A DNA stretch of 50,486 nucleotides, filler included, from Jimgerdemannia flammicorona (lineage: Eukaryota), in the NCBI GenBank assembly GCA_003990765.1. It is 2 parts of 2 records of this genome, joined end to end, with 100 filler letters (N's around TTAATTAATTAA, not from the genome) between each part and the next. Parts side by side here need not be neighbours in the genome. Positions count along the whole stretch, not along the records: positions 1 to 25,196 come from RBNJ01000868.1; 1 more part is not named here. One strand, given 5' to 3'. The position numbers were made by a program, and so were the translations under genes. The notes under the pieces are model-generated. The model made no database searches. It was given only the letters and a program-made list of their open reading frames with translations, and was not told the DNA's origin. Position 1 is the first letter of the stretch, and each line of letters opens with the position of its first letter. Below, in pieces: positions 1-10,839 of the stretch.

Positions 1-19
1 AAAAAAAAAAAAAAAAAAA

Positions 20-1421
20 GATGATCTTCTGACAGCTCCATCAACTCTGGGCTCATATGATACTGCAGAAAGCATTAACTCTGAGAGCAATAGTCAAGAG
101 ATAGCCTTTTTTACCAATCTTGCAGGCTCTTATGATGGAGAATTATTGGTATATTCACTGCAAGCAATAAGGCATTTGGCTATTGATACTGGACCACTGC
201 ACAATATACAAGGTAATAGAATATTAGAATTTTTTATTATTATTTTTTTTAAAAAAAAAAAAAATTATATTAATACTAAATATGCATGCATTTCATTTTA
301 AATACTTTAGTACATTGTTCAACACTTTCTGAAGATTTATTTCAGTTTTATTCATCTCTAGAGTCTAGCTCAGATGTACTCTGCTTGGTCAAAGTTACAG
401 TCATAGGTGAACCTGCAGTAGACCAGAGAGGAGTTGCATGAGAAGCCTTTCAAATTATATTGGACCATTATATTGGACCACAGTCACCTTTGATAGAGGG
501 CAATGAGAAATTTCTCCTACATACAGAAAGTTATTTGAATGTTGACAAGCATGACTATTGGACCTTAGGATGGATTATTGTGGCCTTATTTCTCAACTAT
601 AGACCTGCACCTGATTGCCTATATTCTGCTTGTCTTCTTTATGCTCACCATGATTCAATTGGTCATGAAGATGTATTGTCATTTAGTGAGCAATATGGCT
701 TCCTCCTTTGAGCACTAGACCTTACTGAAACAACAAAGGAGATATAGTCTGAATCTTTAGGGTCAGTTAGATTTTATATTCTTCTTTATATTTTTTTTAA
801 TTATAAATTATTTAATTTAAAAAATTCTTTTCATCTAGATTGACATCTGCCTTTGAAGAGCTTGATATCAGTCAGAATGTAGAGAATCTAAAGTATGAAG
901 ACAAGAACGAAGTTCTCTCATTGATCATAAAAACTCTTCTAATCTGGAAATGACAACCTGCTCTTGATCAGCTTGTTTCAGGATTCAATGTTGGAAACTT
1001 CATCAATAAGTTCATTTGTCAACCATAAAGATTTCAACCAATTGTACAACTTTTTTACTCTTCAGTTCTCTACAGTGAGGAAGATATTACCAATACAATT
1101 GATTGGCCATCACACTCAGCTCCTGGAACAAGGATCAGTATTTGTGTCCAGCTTTTCAAGGAGGTTCCCCACAGATGGTCTACCAATGATCCTCAACTTC
1201 TTAGTCAGTTGGTGCAGTTCTGGAGTGGTGCACGAAACATTCCAGTTCAAAAATGATTGCAGCTTAACATTCACTGTTTTGGGGTAACCAGCTCATGTTG
1301 GCCAGTAGCTCATACCTGTGGACCAATACTGGAAATCAGAGATAACTATGAAATAGGAGAGCAGCTTGCGGACAGCTTAGTTGCTGCATTTAATGAGAGA
1401 AGTGTCATGACTCTTCTATAG
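20..1421 (+). pseudogene. HECT-domain E3 ubiquitin ligase-like pseudogene, intron-containing, 5' part outside window
   Basis: Hand translation gives VKVTVIGEPAVDQRGVA*EAF (about 388-450; HECT 'GE.A.D.GG..RE.F' motif, TGA at the Arg) and LVQFWSGARNIP...WPVAHTCGPILEI (catalytic Cys codon 1317-1319), then TAG at 1419-1421. AT-rich GT-AG introns at about 213-310 and 763-838. Several in-frame TGA stops. Confidence 0.85.
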
Positions 1422-1559
1422 TGTTTCATATAAACAACCTTTCATTTCTATATCTCTTATTCTGTATCTCTACCTTACATTTCATTATATTTCAGTTATA
1501 TTACTGTGATCTTTGCTTCTTTGCTCTATATCTATCTTGCTGTTGTACCTCTGCATTTA

Positions 1560-2340
1560 ATTATATTACTATCTAGTATTTCTTTGTAGCATTATTATAA
1601 CTCATGTTCTTCTGCTCTATGATTATTTATATATCTTAACTTTTTATATCTCTGCCTCTGTGATTCTTTAACCCTGCCTCTGAAATTCCTTATATCTCTA
1701 ATCATTTGCCTCTTTGCCCTGTGACTCTTTGCATATCTGCACATTTTTTCTTACATCTCTTCTATGTGATCATCTGCCTCTTTGCCTCTGCAATTTCTTG
1801 CATCTCAACTCTTACTTCTCTGATCCTGCAATTTTCTACTATGCTCTATGGTTCTTTACATATCTGTCCCACAATTCTTTGCCTCTCTGCCCCAACCTGT
1901 ATTCATAGACAGAATGAAACCTTGGACAAACATTACAAGGCCCTACCACAGCCTGCAAGCCATAGTAATTACTACTGTGTACTCTGTTCACTATTCAAGA
2001 AATAGGTGCTAGATTGGATCGGATTGCTACTGTGTTGAACTGGGTCAGTCTAGTAATTCTTTTCATTTCTGTTCCTTTATTCTTTGCCTCTATACCCTGC
2101 GATTTCTTGCATCTTCGGCCTGCAATTCTTTGCTTCTCTGCTTCTGCAACCCTTTGCCTCTCTGCTTCTATGATTCTTTGCATCTCTGCCATGCAGTTCT
2201 TTGCATCTCTACCCTGCAATTCTTTGTATCTCTACCCTATGATTTATTGAACTTCCACCCTATATTCACACTTTATAAACTCACACTCACTTGTGTCACT
2301 GTATTCTGCATTTCTTTGTGCATCTGTGTCCTTTTGCAGC
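1560..2340. repeat. Pyrimidine-rich low-complexity repeat region
   Basis: Recurrent degenerate tctttgcatctctgc / tctgcctctg motifs. The minus strand reads as AEMQRI-like repeats but is interrupted by stops. Confidence 0.5.
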
Positions 2341-2474
2341 TCCTAAACTATTATTTGATCTTGAACTAGCAATTATAATAAATTCATACAGAATATGCTG
2401 TTGAAATGATTGGTGAATAGTGTGGTGAATGATTTTACACCATATGGTTAAATGCTCATGTGATTTCGACTTTC

Positions 2475-3240
2475 AGACAAAATACATTCAAACTCTCACC
2501 CACATTGCTCATTGCCAAGTCCAACTTATGGTTAGTAATATAAATGTTTTTGCCACTATTGGATCCTTAGACAAAATGCACCAGCACTGCTCATTGCCAA
2601 GTCTGACTTATGGTTAGTGATATAAATGTTTTGCTACTCTTAGATTCTCGTGTCCAAACTCTCAAAATGTGTTCAAACTCTCACCCATACTGCACTGCCA
2701 GATCCTCAGACAAAACATGTTCAAACTCTCACCCACACTGCTCACTGTCAGATCCTTAGACAAAATGTGTTCAAACTCTCACCTGTACTGCTCATTGCCA
2801 AGTCTGACTTATGGTTAGTTTTTATAATCAGACAAAACACATTCAAACTCTTACCCACACTGCTCATTGCCAAGCCTGACTTACAGTTAGTTTTTATAAT
2901 CAGACAAAATACATTCAAACTCTCACCTGCACTGCTCATTACCAAGCCTGACTTATGGTTAGTTTTTATAATCAGATAAAACATGTTCAAACTCTTACCC
3001 ACACTGCTCATTGCCAAGCCTGACTTATGGTTAGTTTTTATAATCAGACAAAACACATTCAAACTCTCACCCACACTGCTCATTGCCAAGCCTAACTTAC
3101 AGTTAGTTTTTATAATCAGACAAAACATATTCAAACTCTCACCCACACTGCTCCGAATATCCAACTCAGATAAAATGTATATCCAAACTCTCAAGCCATA
3201 CTGCTCATTGCTAAGTCTGACTTTTTTTGCCATTATCAGA
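2475..3240. repeat. 72-bp tandem minisatellite with degenerate outer copies
   Basis: Unit cagacaaaacacattcaaactctcacccacactgctcattgccaagcctgacttatggttagtttttataat recurs at about 2829, 2901, 2973, 3045 and 3117. Confidence 0.92.
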
Positions 3241-3297
3241 TCCTTCCACTGACTATGAATCTCCCTCACCCTCTCAAAACCCAGCTCAAGCATCAAA

Positions 3298-5431
3298 ATG
3301 ACCTGTACAAAACAAACTGCAAAGAAGTTGACCTTTGATAATGCAGCCCGATGAAGCCTGTCTCAAAGTGCAATCATGGCACCAACCAGGCATCCAGCTC
3401 GAGTGACCAATATAACCAGACCATCTATTCAGGTATATTATATGGAGGGGGTAAAAAAAAAAAAAAAAATGAATGAAATATATATATTTTCAGGTGAATG
3501 TCTCTATGACCAAAGCCTTTATCATTTTTTATTCTTTTGGATATTTTGGGATGTCTCTGTGATGGAAGCCTTAATATCTTTTCTGGTGAATGTCTCTGTG
3601 ACTGAAGTCTCTTTTATTTTTTATTCTTTAGATATTTTGGATGAATATCTCTGTGACTGAAGCCTTAATATGTATTCTCTTTTTTATTTTTATTCTTTTG
3701 GATATTTTGGGTAAATGTCTCTGGACTGAAGCCTTAATATCTTCTTTCCTGGTGAACATCTCTGTGACTGAAGCCTTTTTTATTTTTATTCTTTGGATAT
3801 TTTGGGTGAATATCTCTGTGACTGAAGCCTTAATATCCTCTTTTTTATTTTTTATTCTTTTGGATATTTTGGGTGAATGTCTCTATGACTGAAGCCTTAA
3901 TATCTTCTTTCCTGGTGAACGTCTCTGTGACCAAAGCCTTTTTTATTTTTATTCTTTAGATATTTTGAGTGAATATCTCTGTGACTGAAGTCTTAATATC
4001 TTCTTTTTTATTCTTTTTTCTTTTGGATATTTTGGATGAATGTCTCTGTGACAGAAGCCTTAATATCTTCTTTCCTGGTGAACATCTCTGTGACTGAAGC
4101 CTTTTTTATTTTTATTCTATAGATATTTTGGGTGAATGTCTCTGTGACTGAAGCCTTAATATCCTCTTTTTTATTTTTTATTCTTTTGGATATTTTGAGT
4201 GATTGTCTCTATGACACAAGCCTTAATATCTTCTTTCCCAGTGAATGTCTCTATGACCAAAGCCTTTTTTATTTTTTATCTTTGGATATTTTGGGTTAAT
4301 ATCTCTGTGACTAAAGCCTTAATATTCTCTTTTTTATTTTTTATTCTATGGATATTCTCTGTGACTGAAGTCTTAATATTCTCTTTTTTACTTTTTATTC
4401 TTTGGATATTTTGGGTGAATATCTCTGTGACTGAAGCCTTAATATTCTCTTTTTTATTTTTTATTCTTTGGATATTTCGAGTGAATGTCTCATGTCTCTG
4501 CAACTGATGCCTCAAAAATTTTCTAATTTCTATTATCGAACTGACTTATTATTAGAATTCTTGAACCATTAATATTGGTTGCATCAAGGGTACCATGTGC
4601 TGCCTGTGTGGGACCAGATGCTGTATTTTTGAAGGATACAGTATCAGCAACTGTTCCAATGCCATCTGCATTGAGAATGATCACAGTCATCTATGTGCAC
4701 TACTATTTATTGCTGAAGGAGCCTGGCAATGTCCATCTCATGACAGTAAAGCTAATATAACTGTTTGGTACAATGAGAACTGTCTCATTGATATCCAGAC
4801 ACTTGAATTGGCATCATTTTCGGAGCAGGAGATCCTCTTTTCAGCAACTGGGTTGATATTTTCTTCATATAGTGTGTGTACTTTTATATTTATATTTATT
4901 TGCTGATATTGGTCAGATTTTAGCTAATAAGATATTTTTTATCTATACAGAAAAACCAGATCCTTTTTACAAAGCACTCTTTTTCAACTGGAAATATGCT
5001 GAAGGCTGCTGTAATAAGCACTGATCAGATGTAAGGTTTTTTTTTTTTTTTTTTTTTAATCTATTTTTTAATATTATATTCTAATTTAATGTCATACTTT
5101 TTTCATCAGATGGTGACCTGAAGCTAGCAAATGGCTGTTAATCCTGACACATACTAATGATGAGGGTGATTTATGGTTTGAGATCACTAAAGATGGACAG
5201 CCATGGGCGACCCCATTGAATGAGGTATGTTTACAGAGTGTCTTTAGGTTTTTTATTAAATAAAATACTCATTTATTTACAGTTTTTTGCCAGCATCTTC
5301 ACCAATAGCAGAACATATAATATCAACATAGTTCTTTTCATCTGTGGCTCCCTAATACACTCTACCAAGTCCAATACTAAAAAGAAGTTGCAAGAGGAGA
5401 CTGTCCGGGTAATGAATGCATTGAAGAGGTA

Positions 5432-5462
<31 letters not shown>

Positions 5463-5830
5463 CTAAGTATCTATTTAAATATAATATATTTTATATAAAG
5501 CTAATGATTAAATTTATATTTATATAGACCAAATATTGGGAAAGTTCTTCTTTTTACACAACAAGATCTTCTACCAAATCAAATTGCTGGAGATGTTCTG
5601 AAGATTATTGAGCAGTATGAGATGTGTGGTGTTCCATTTGTAGAAGCTGTATGCCAAAGAGAGAATCTGTCAAGTCCTGTCTGGGTGTTGGAAAATGGTG
5701 AGGGAATATATATTCATGGAAAATTATTACCTTGTTCTAAACATCCACATGCATACAAAAGTAGTTAGTGCTGTATGATGGTTAAATGTAGTGAGAATGA
5801 TAGATATGTTGTTGAGATTGTAGAATGTAA
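3298..5830 (+). pseudogene. Multi-exon pseudogene: histone-H3-tail-like N-terminus plus PHD-like zinc finger plus uncharacterised C-terminal region
   Basis: Exon 1 (3298-3432) reads MTCTKQTAKKLTFDNAAR*SL...PSIQ. Donor GT at 3433; branch CTGAC at 4541; acceptor AG at 4554-4555. Exon 2 continues in phase: NS*TINIGCIKGTMCCLCGTRCC...CSNAIC...HSHLC...WQCPSH. Further GT-AG-bounded exons at about 4951-5030, 5110-5224, 5283-5428 and 5529-5830 (approximate). Confidence 0.6.
3490..4500. repeat. Composite intronic minisatellite
   Basis: About 20 copies of gtgaat(a/g)tctctgtgactgaagcctt alternating with T-rich ttcttttggatattttgg or tctttcctg linkers. Confidence 0.9.
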
Positions 5831-5957
5831 GGTTTTTTGTGGATAATAAAAAATAAATGCAATTTTATTCATAATATTATTTGGTTGCAAATTTGATAGC
5901 TAATATCACTTTAATTATATATAGTATAGCTAAATAATATAGACATTTATATATATC

Positions 5958-7449
5958 TGTAAGCATACAACCTCCAAGCCACCAGAATCGCATGGCATCC
6001 TCAGAACTAATTCGGAAACCACATGTGAGACTACAAAACAAGAGATTATCTGGTTACATGAAATACGCCAGCAAGCACAAGAACCCACTGCCAAGATATA
6101 AGAATACTAGAAGAATTACTACAACCATAAGACTGACTCTGAACTACTATAGCTAGTTTAGTGTACCGTACTATTACAAAAGAAACTGAAAGTACCAAAC
6201 TCAAATCAAGACAAGAAGAACCCTATCTCACCCATCAAAAGGTTCATGAACTGCACTTATCAACTCAAGACCCAGATATACCATGACTATACAAGACCTC
6301 ATTACTTAGCAGAAGCAAAACGCATTTGAACAACTCTGTTCGCTTTATCTGTATCACCTCCGTTGGAGAGTGACGGACACTTCATCTGAACTCAAGAAAG
6401 CCAACAATGTCGAAACCAATCTCAAGCCATCTATGTGACAGATATTACTACTAGAAATTGCCTCAGATTATAGAAAATATCATTTCCGAGAGGTTCGAAC
6501 CCCCAGCCACGACATTGGGAGCCCTCACCCTAGACAAGAATGGCCAGTCCTCGCAAATGCACCAGCAGACCAAAAAAAAAGAGAACCAAGATCTGTTATC
6601 CTTGTACAACTACCACCACCAAGGACAGTCTTAATCTTACAAGAGATAGAAGTGACGACATCTTGAAAACTGATGATGTCAGAAGTCAGAAAACTGCTCA
6701 GACTTTGCCAGTGATAATGTCATCAATAGTGATGTCATCAAAGACTAACCAGACAGTGCCTAAACCTATAAATAGCTTAGCAGTCATAGTATAGTTAGAT
6801 TAGCATTGTATGACGTGACTGTGAACTGACTCAGCAGTCAGACGATCTCTTAACATGTCAGATCACACTTGTACTACGTAACTGCATTCCGACTCAGCAA
6901 GGCACTTAGTGCTATATCCATATCTAGCATAGTCCAGATAGCCCCTCACTAGTATAAATACCCCCTCCCCCAGACCTCAGAATCTTAGACTTAAACAGAC
7001 TCGAACACACAAGAACATTCCTGAATACTTCCCCACAATACTCCTTCACACAAATACTCCTAGTATAGCAATATCATGAATAGCAAATAAACCTATTCCA
7101 TAATCCACAAACCACTCTTAAGTAAATCTGCCCCCTGTTAGGTCCCATTCCTAACCCCATCACGAAATTTCCTAATTGGGTATTGTCTGCAGCAATATGC
7201 CAATTCAACTAAGCTGGTCTTAGTTTCTTGAACTTCCTGAAATACGGAAAACCCTGAATATCCAGAACTAGTCCAGAAAAGGACTTTGGTTGAGACATCA
7301 ACCCGATCTTGAAATCAATAAGCATAGAGGACGTACTCCATATGAAATTGATCTTGACCATAAGAAAACGGTCTTTCAGAATATCCAGAATATCCAGAAA
7401 ACCTTTCCAGAACTACGTAACAGTTACCCTAAAAAGTAACCCTCTTACA
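5958..7449 (+). repeat. 5' LTR (1492 bp)
   Basis: Aligns along its length with 10840-12964 once the MITE is removed. TG...CA ends; TATAAATA at about 6953; AATAAA at about 7086. Confidence 0.95.
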
Positions 7450-7452
7450 ACT

Positions 7453-7464
7453 TGGTAGCAGTGG
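7453..7464 (+). promoter_or_regulatory. Primer-binding site, probably initiator tRNA-Met
   Basis: TGGTAGCAGTGG starts 3 nt after the LTR end. A TGGTAGC start matches the 3' end of eukaryotic tRNAiMet. Confidence 0.75.
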
Positions 7465-7645
7465 TTTACAATCCAATTCCACTTCAAGACACTTCCTCAC
7501 CCCGCTACAAACCCTTCTGCGAATTCCTACAAGTTGGTATAAAGCCCAACCTCTGAACTGGAATTTACCTGAACTATCTGACAATCTGGAGAGAATTTAA
7601 TCTGACATACAAGGACAATTTGACCTCCACACCTGCAACAAGTAG

Positions 7646-9480
7646 GACAAACTTCATTCCAAGAAAGAAGTACTCCGGTTAAACCAGCAAATAGGTGAAA
7701 TCCTATTCACTGAACTCCTTGCACTACACCCAGCAAGTCAAGACGAAGAAGGTCTTATTGAAGTCTTCTTTACTCTTCTCAACAAGAGTTTTGTTAGCTC
7801 CACAAATCCGAGCGACCTAGGACAATCAGCAGCAGTCTTTCTAGCCTTAGTTCCTCACGAAGCCCAAGCCGCTGTAGCCAAGTGGCTCAACTCTACTGAT
7901 TTTCACTGCACCAGGACCAAGACCGCCTTATACTACCAATTCCAGAACAGCAAGACCTGCCATATCCTTAAAGAAGAAGCAAGAGAAACCCTTCATCAAC
8001 TATCTGACCCCGAACCTAAAGCAGGCCCTGCTACAGCCCTACCTGAATCTGAAACCAATACTGAACCTGAACTTGACTTTGAATTAAGTCCATCTGAAAT
8101 CATATATACAACTGATTCTGTCTACTTTGATACTGAGCAAACCCAATTACATGGGGACCAAACCAAAGAAGAGGAGGAGTATCTCACTGAATTCGATCCC
8201 GGATATACCACCGAAGGAGAAGTACCTCCATCAGGACAGAATATACCTACACAGCAACAAACAGTTATCTATAAAGCCCTCACTCCAGACCCACAACTAC
8301 TACTCCAGCAACTTACACAGACCCAAAGAACCCCATCACACTCTGCACCAGTACCTCAAGTAGTACCAGTAACACCACTACCAGCAGTCCAAATGCCTCC
8401 AGTAAACAACATGGCAAATCAACAGATTCTAGAGCTCACAGCCCAAGTAGCTATAATGGCAGCAACCATTACTGCCTTAGCTGAACAGATCCGACCTACC
8501 AAAAATCTGAGCCTACCTACCTTCAATGGCACTGCACAAGAAGTCCAAAGCTTCATTAGTGTAGTTGACACCAACTTTGAAGCCAATCAATGGACTAATG
8601 AGCGAGTTGCTGACTGCATCCTGATAAACAATCAAGACCACACTTGGAACAACTCTTTGCTAAAACTACAGCCTATGTCCGCTGAGTTGTTACATTCTTC
8701 CAAGGACCTGCCAAAGAATGGTGGCAAACCCTTCCTGAAAAACCCCTCATATGGGATACCCGACCTGCAGTAGTTGCCCAGAATGCAGCAAACAATGCCC
8801 CAGGATATTGAGCCCATCCTGCAGCCCCTGGACTCAAACAACTCATGATTGCTCAATACCGCAGCGAAACCATGATTGCTGAATCTCGAGTAAAACTCCG
8901 CAACCTCAAATTTGATATATATGGCAAAGAAGAATTCGAAACCTTCTGTACAAAACTCGAGTCACTCCTGAATACTGTTGGCCTAGGATATATTGCCAAC
9001 GATGAAGCACAAAATGGTACAAGAGTAGACCATTTATTTGATGCCCTGCCTGAATGGCTTACTAGAAAAATCTGAGAACAAGGCTGCCCAGTTGGTTGTG
9101 ATCACCAACAATGGTGCCTGGCAAGAATCAAGACTATGGTCAAGCGAATCCTAACAGCTGGACCAATTCTGCCCTAAAGGCAATTCAACAACAAGGAAAA
9201 GACTTGGACCAGGAAAGAAGAACCCAAGCATGAAGCATCCCGAGCTCCCTCTACATCCACCTCTTGGACACCCAGAAATCCTGAACCTACCCAGCCCAGT
9301 ACCTTCAAGAAACTTACTGAAGGCGAAAGGAATGAACTTCGAAGAAGTGGAGCATGCTTCTATTGCCGAAAGACAGGACACATGGCCAGTACCTGCCCTA
9401 ACCGAAAACCCCAAACAGCAACCTGAGCAACTGTCACCACTCTGCACCATCTCAACAACCTGACCACCAGAACACTAGAC
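7646..9480 (+). pseudogene. gag: Gag (capsid-like region and CCHC zinc knuckle), decayed
   Basis: LPTFNGTAQEVQSFI capsid-like motif in ORF 8393-8773; CFYCRKTGHMASTC (CX2CX4HX4C) at 9355-9396; one frameshift and TGA stops. Confidence 0.85.
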
Positions 9481-9885
9481 TTTGTCAAGTTAAGACAAAC
9501 TACTAAGGCCCCAACCAAAGGAAGTCAAAAAGCAGCTGGATATGACCTGTATACAGCTGAAGAAGCTACAGTTTCCAACCAAGAAGTCAAACAAGTCTAC
9601 ACAGGAATCAGTATCCAAATCCCTGAAGGACATATTGGAAGAATATGCTGTTGCAGCAGCCTAGCACTGAAAGGACTCTCAGTAGAAGGAGGAGTCATTG
9701 ATGAAGATTACACAGACGAAATTATTGTCCTCATTCGAAACCACAGTTGGACACCCTTCAAAATCCCTATTGACTTCTGCATTGCCCAGATCCTATTCGA
9801 AAAAATCGAGTCAACCCTAACAGTCAAGGAAGTCCCTGAACTACTACCCACCATCTGAGGATCCAAAGGATTTGGCTCATCAAAC
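9481..9885 (+). pseudogene. dut: Trimeric dUTPase domain, in frame with Gag
   Basis: FVKL...GSQKAAGYDLY...TGISIQIP...GRICCCSSLA...GGVIDEDYTDEI...IAQILF...I*GSKGFGSS shows dUTPase motifs I-V. Conserved Arg codons have decayed to TGY/TGA. Confidence 0.95.
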
Positions 9886-10145
9886 AAGGCCCCGGCCCAA
9901 CCTACCGCGAGCAAAGAAGAACAATTCTACAAGAAGATAGAAGATGGATATGTACCAAGTGGCCGATGCCCTCATGGTATTGGAATGTACTCTTCCCGAA
10001 TGATTGATGATTGCTTCTCTTGTGTCAATGAACTGGCTCAAAGAAGAACCAACAGAAGAAAGGCTCCTACAATGGAAATCACCACCATTGGATCAGACAA
10101 ACTGTACACCCTTAAGGCTTTTGTCATGGAGCACCTGTCAAGATT

Positions 10146-10460
10146 ATGATAGACAGTGGTGCCTCAGGCAACTTCATCAATGAAGAAACAGCCAACAGAC
10201 TCAAGGTCTTCCCCTCTCCAGTACAGCAAACTCAAGTGGTTGCCACAGCTGATGGAACCTCACATGTTATTAGCAAAGAAGTCCGCAATCTACCCTTCCG
10301 AATTGACAACTACCGAGTACATGTTACCCTCCAAATCGTACTACTCCCTGACAATGAAATCATCCTTGGGACCCCATGGTTAAAACAAGAGAACCCCATG
10401 ATTGATTGGGTAAACCATTCTCTGACCATCAAGAAAGGACGCCACAACTTCAAACTATAA
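10146..10460 (+). pseudogene. Retropepsin aspartic protease of the Gypsy element
   Basis: MIDSGASGNFI active-site motif and IILGTPWL...NPMIDW motif; one frameshift just upstream. Confidence 0.93.
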
Positions 10461-10659
10461 GGCAAAAAGGACTCACTCAACTCTAGTAACCCTGGACCAA
10501 AGATCACCCACATCAACAAGCTACAACTCAAGAAATTGGCCAAGAAATGCCCTCTCTTCGCCATCTCCATCCGACCATCCAAAGAAGAACCCGAGAACTC
10601 TGAAGAAGACTTTTCCAAAGTTGACAGCCATGTCAGACCACTACTCCAGAAGGTCCAAG

Positions 10660-10750
10660 ACACATTTCCAAACCGAACCACAGAACCACCTGCACCTGTC
10701 ATTATTAATGACCAAGAAGAATACAAGGTTGAACAAATCCTCAACAAATA
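10660..10750 (+). pseudogene. Integrase C-terminal tail and chromodomain start remnant
   Basis: FPNRTTEPPAPVIINDQEEYKVEQILN resembles the chromoviral 'PPPP...EEYEVEKIL' segment; it is truncated after ILN. Confidence 0.75.
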
Positions 10751-10825
10751 TAGCCACAAGAACCATCCAAATGGTATAACAACACCAGAACAAATTAGAA
10801 GGCCCTGACGAGGACGTCGAAAGCT

Positions 10826-10838
10826 AAGAAGGGGAGAG
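10826..10838 (+). promoter_or_regulatory. Polypurine tract
   Basis: AAGAAGGGGAGAG immediately before the 3' LTR TG. Confidence 0.85.
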
Positions 10839-10839
10839 T

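Noticed and set aside
3298..3432. A true histone H3 or CENP-A gene
   Set aside because: Similarity stops after about 19 residues and no histone fold follows.
2475..4500. CRISPR-like appearance of the repeat arrays
   Set aside because: No unique spacers, no cas genes, eukaryotic context; these are minisatellites.
2650..4515. Repetitive ORFs in both directions over the arrays
   Set aside because: By-products of the repeat periodicity; the second array lies inside an intron.
5766..5790. TAGTGCTG as the partner end of the MITE terminus at 13199
   Set aside because: Only 7 bases match and no 8-bp TSD is shared.
6540..6794. 84-aa ORF (also at 11422-11676) as the LTR gene
   Set aside because: It is duplicated only because it lies in the LTR; the overlapping frame from 5992 has better support from CGA-derived stops.
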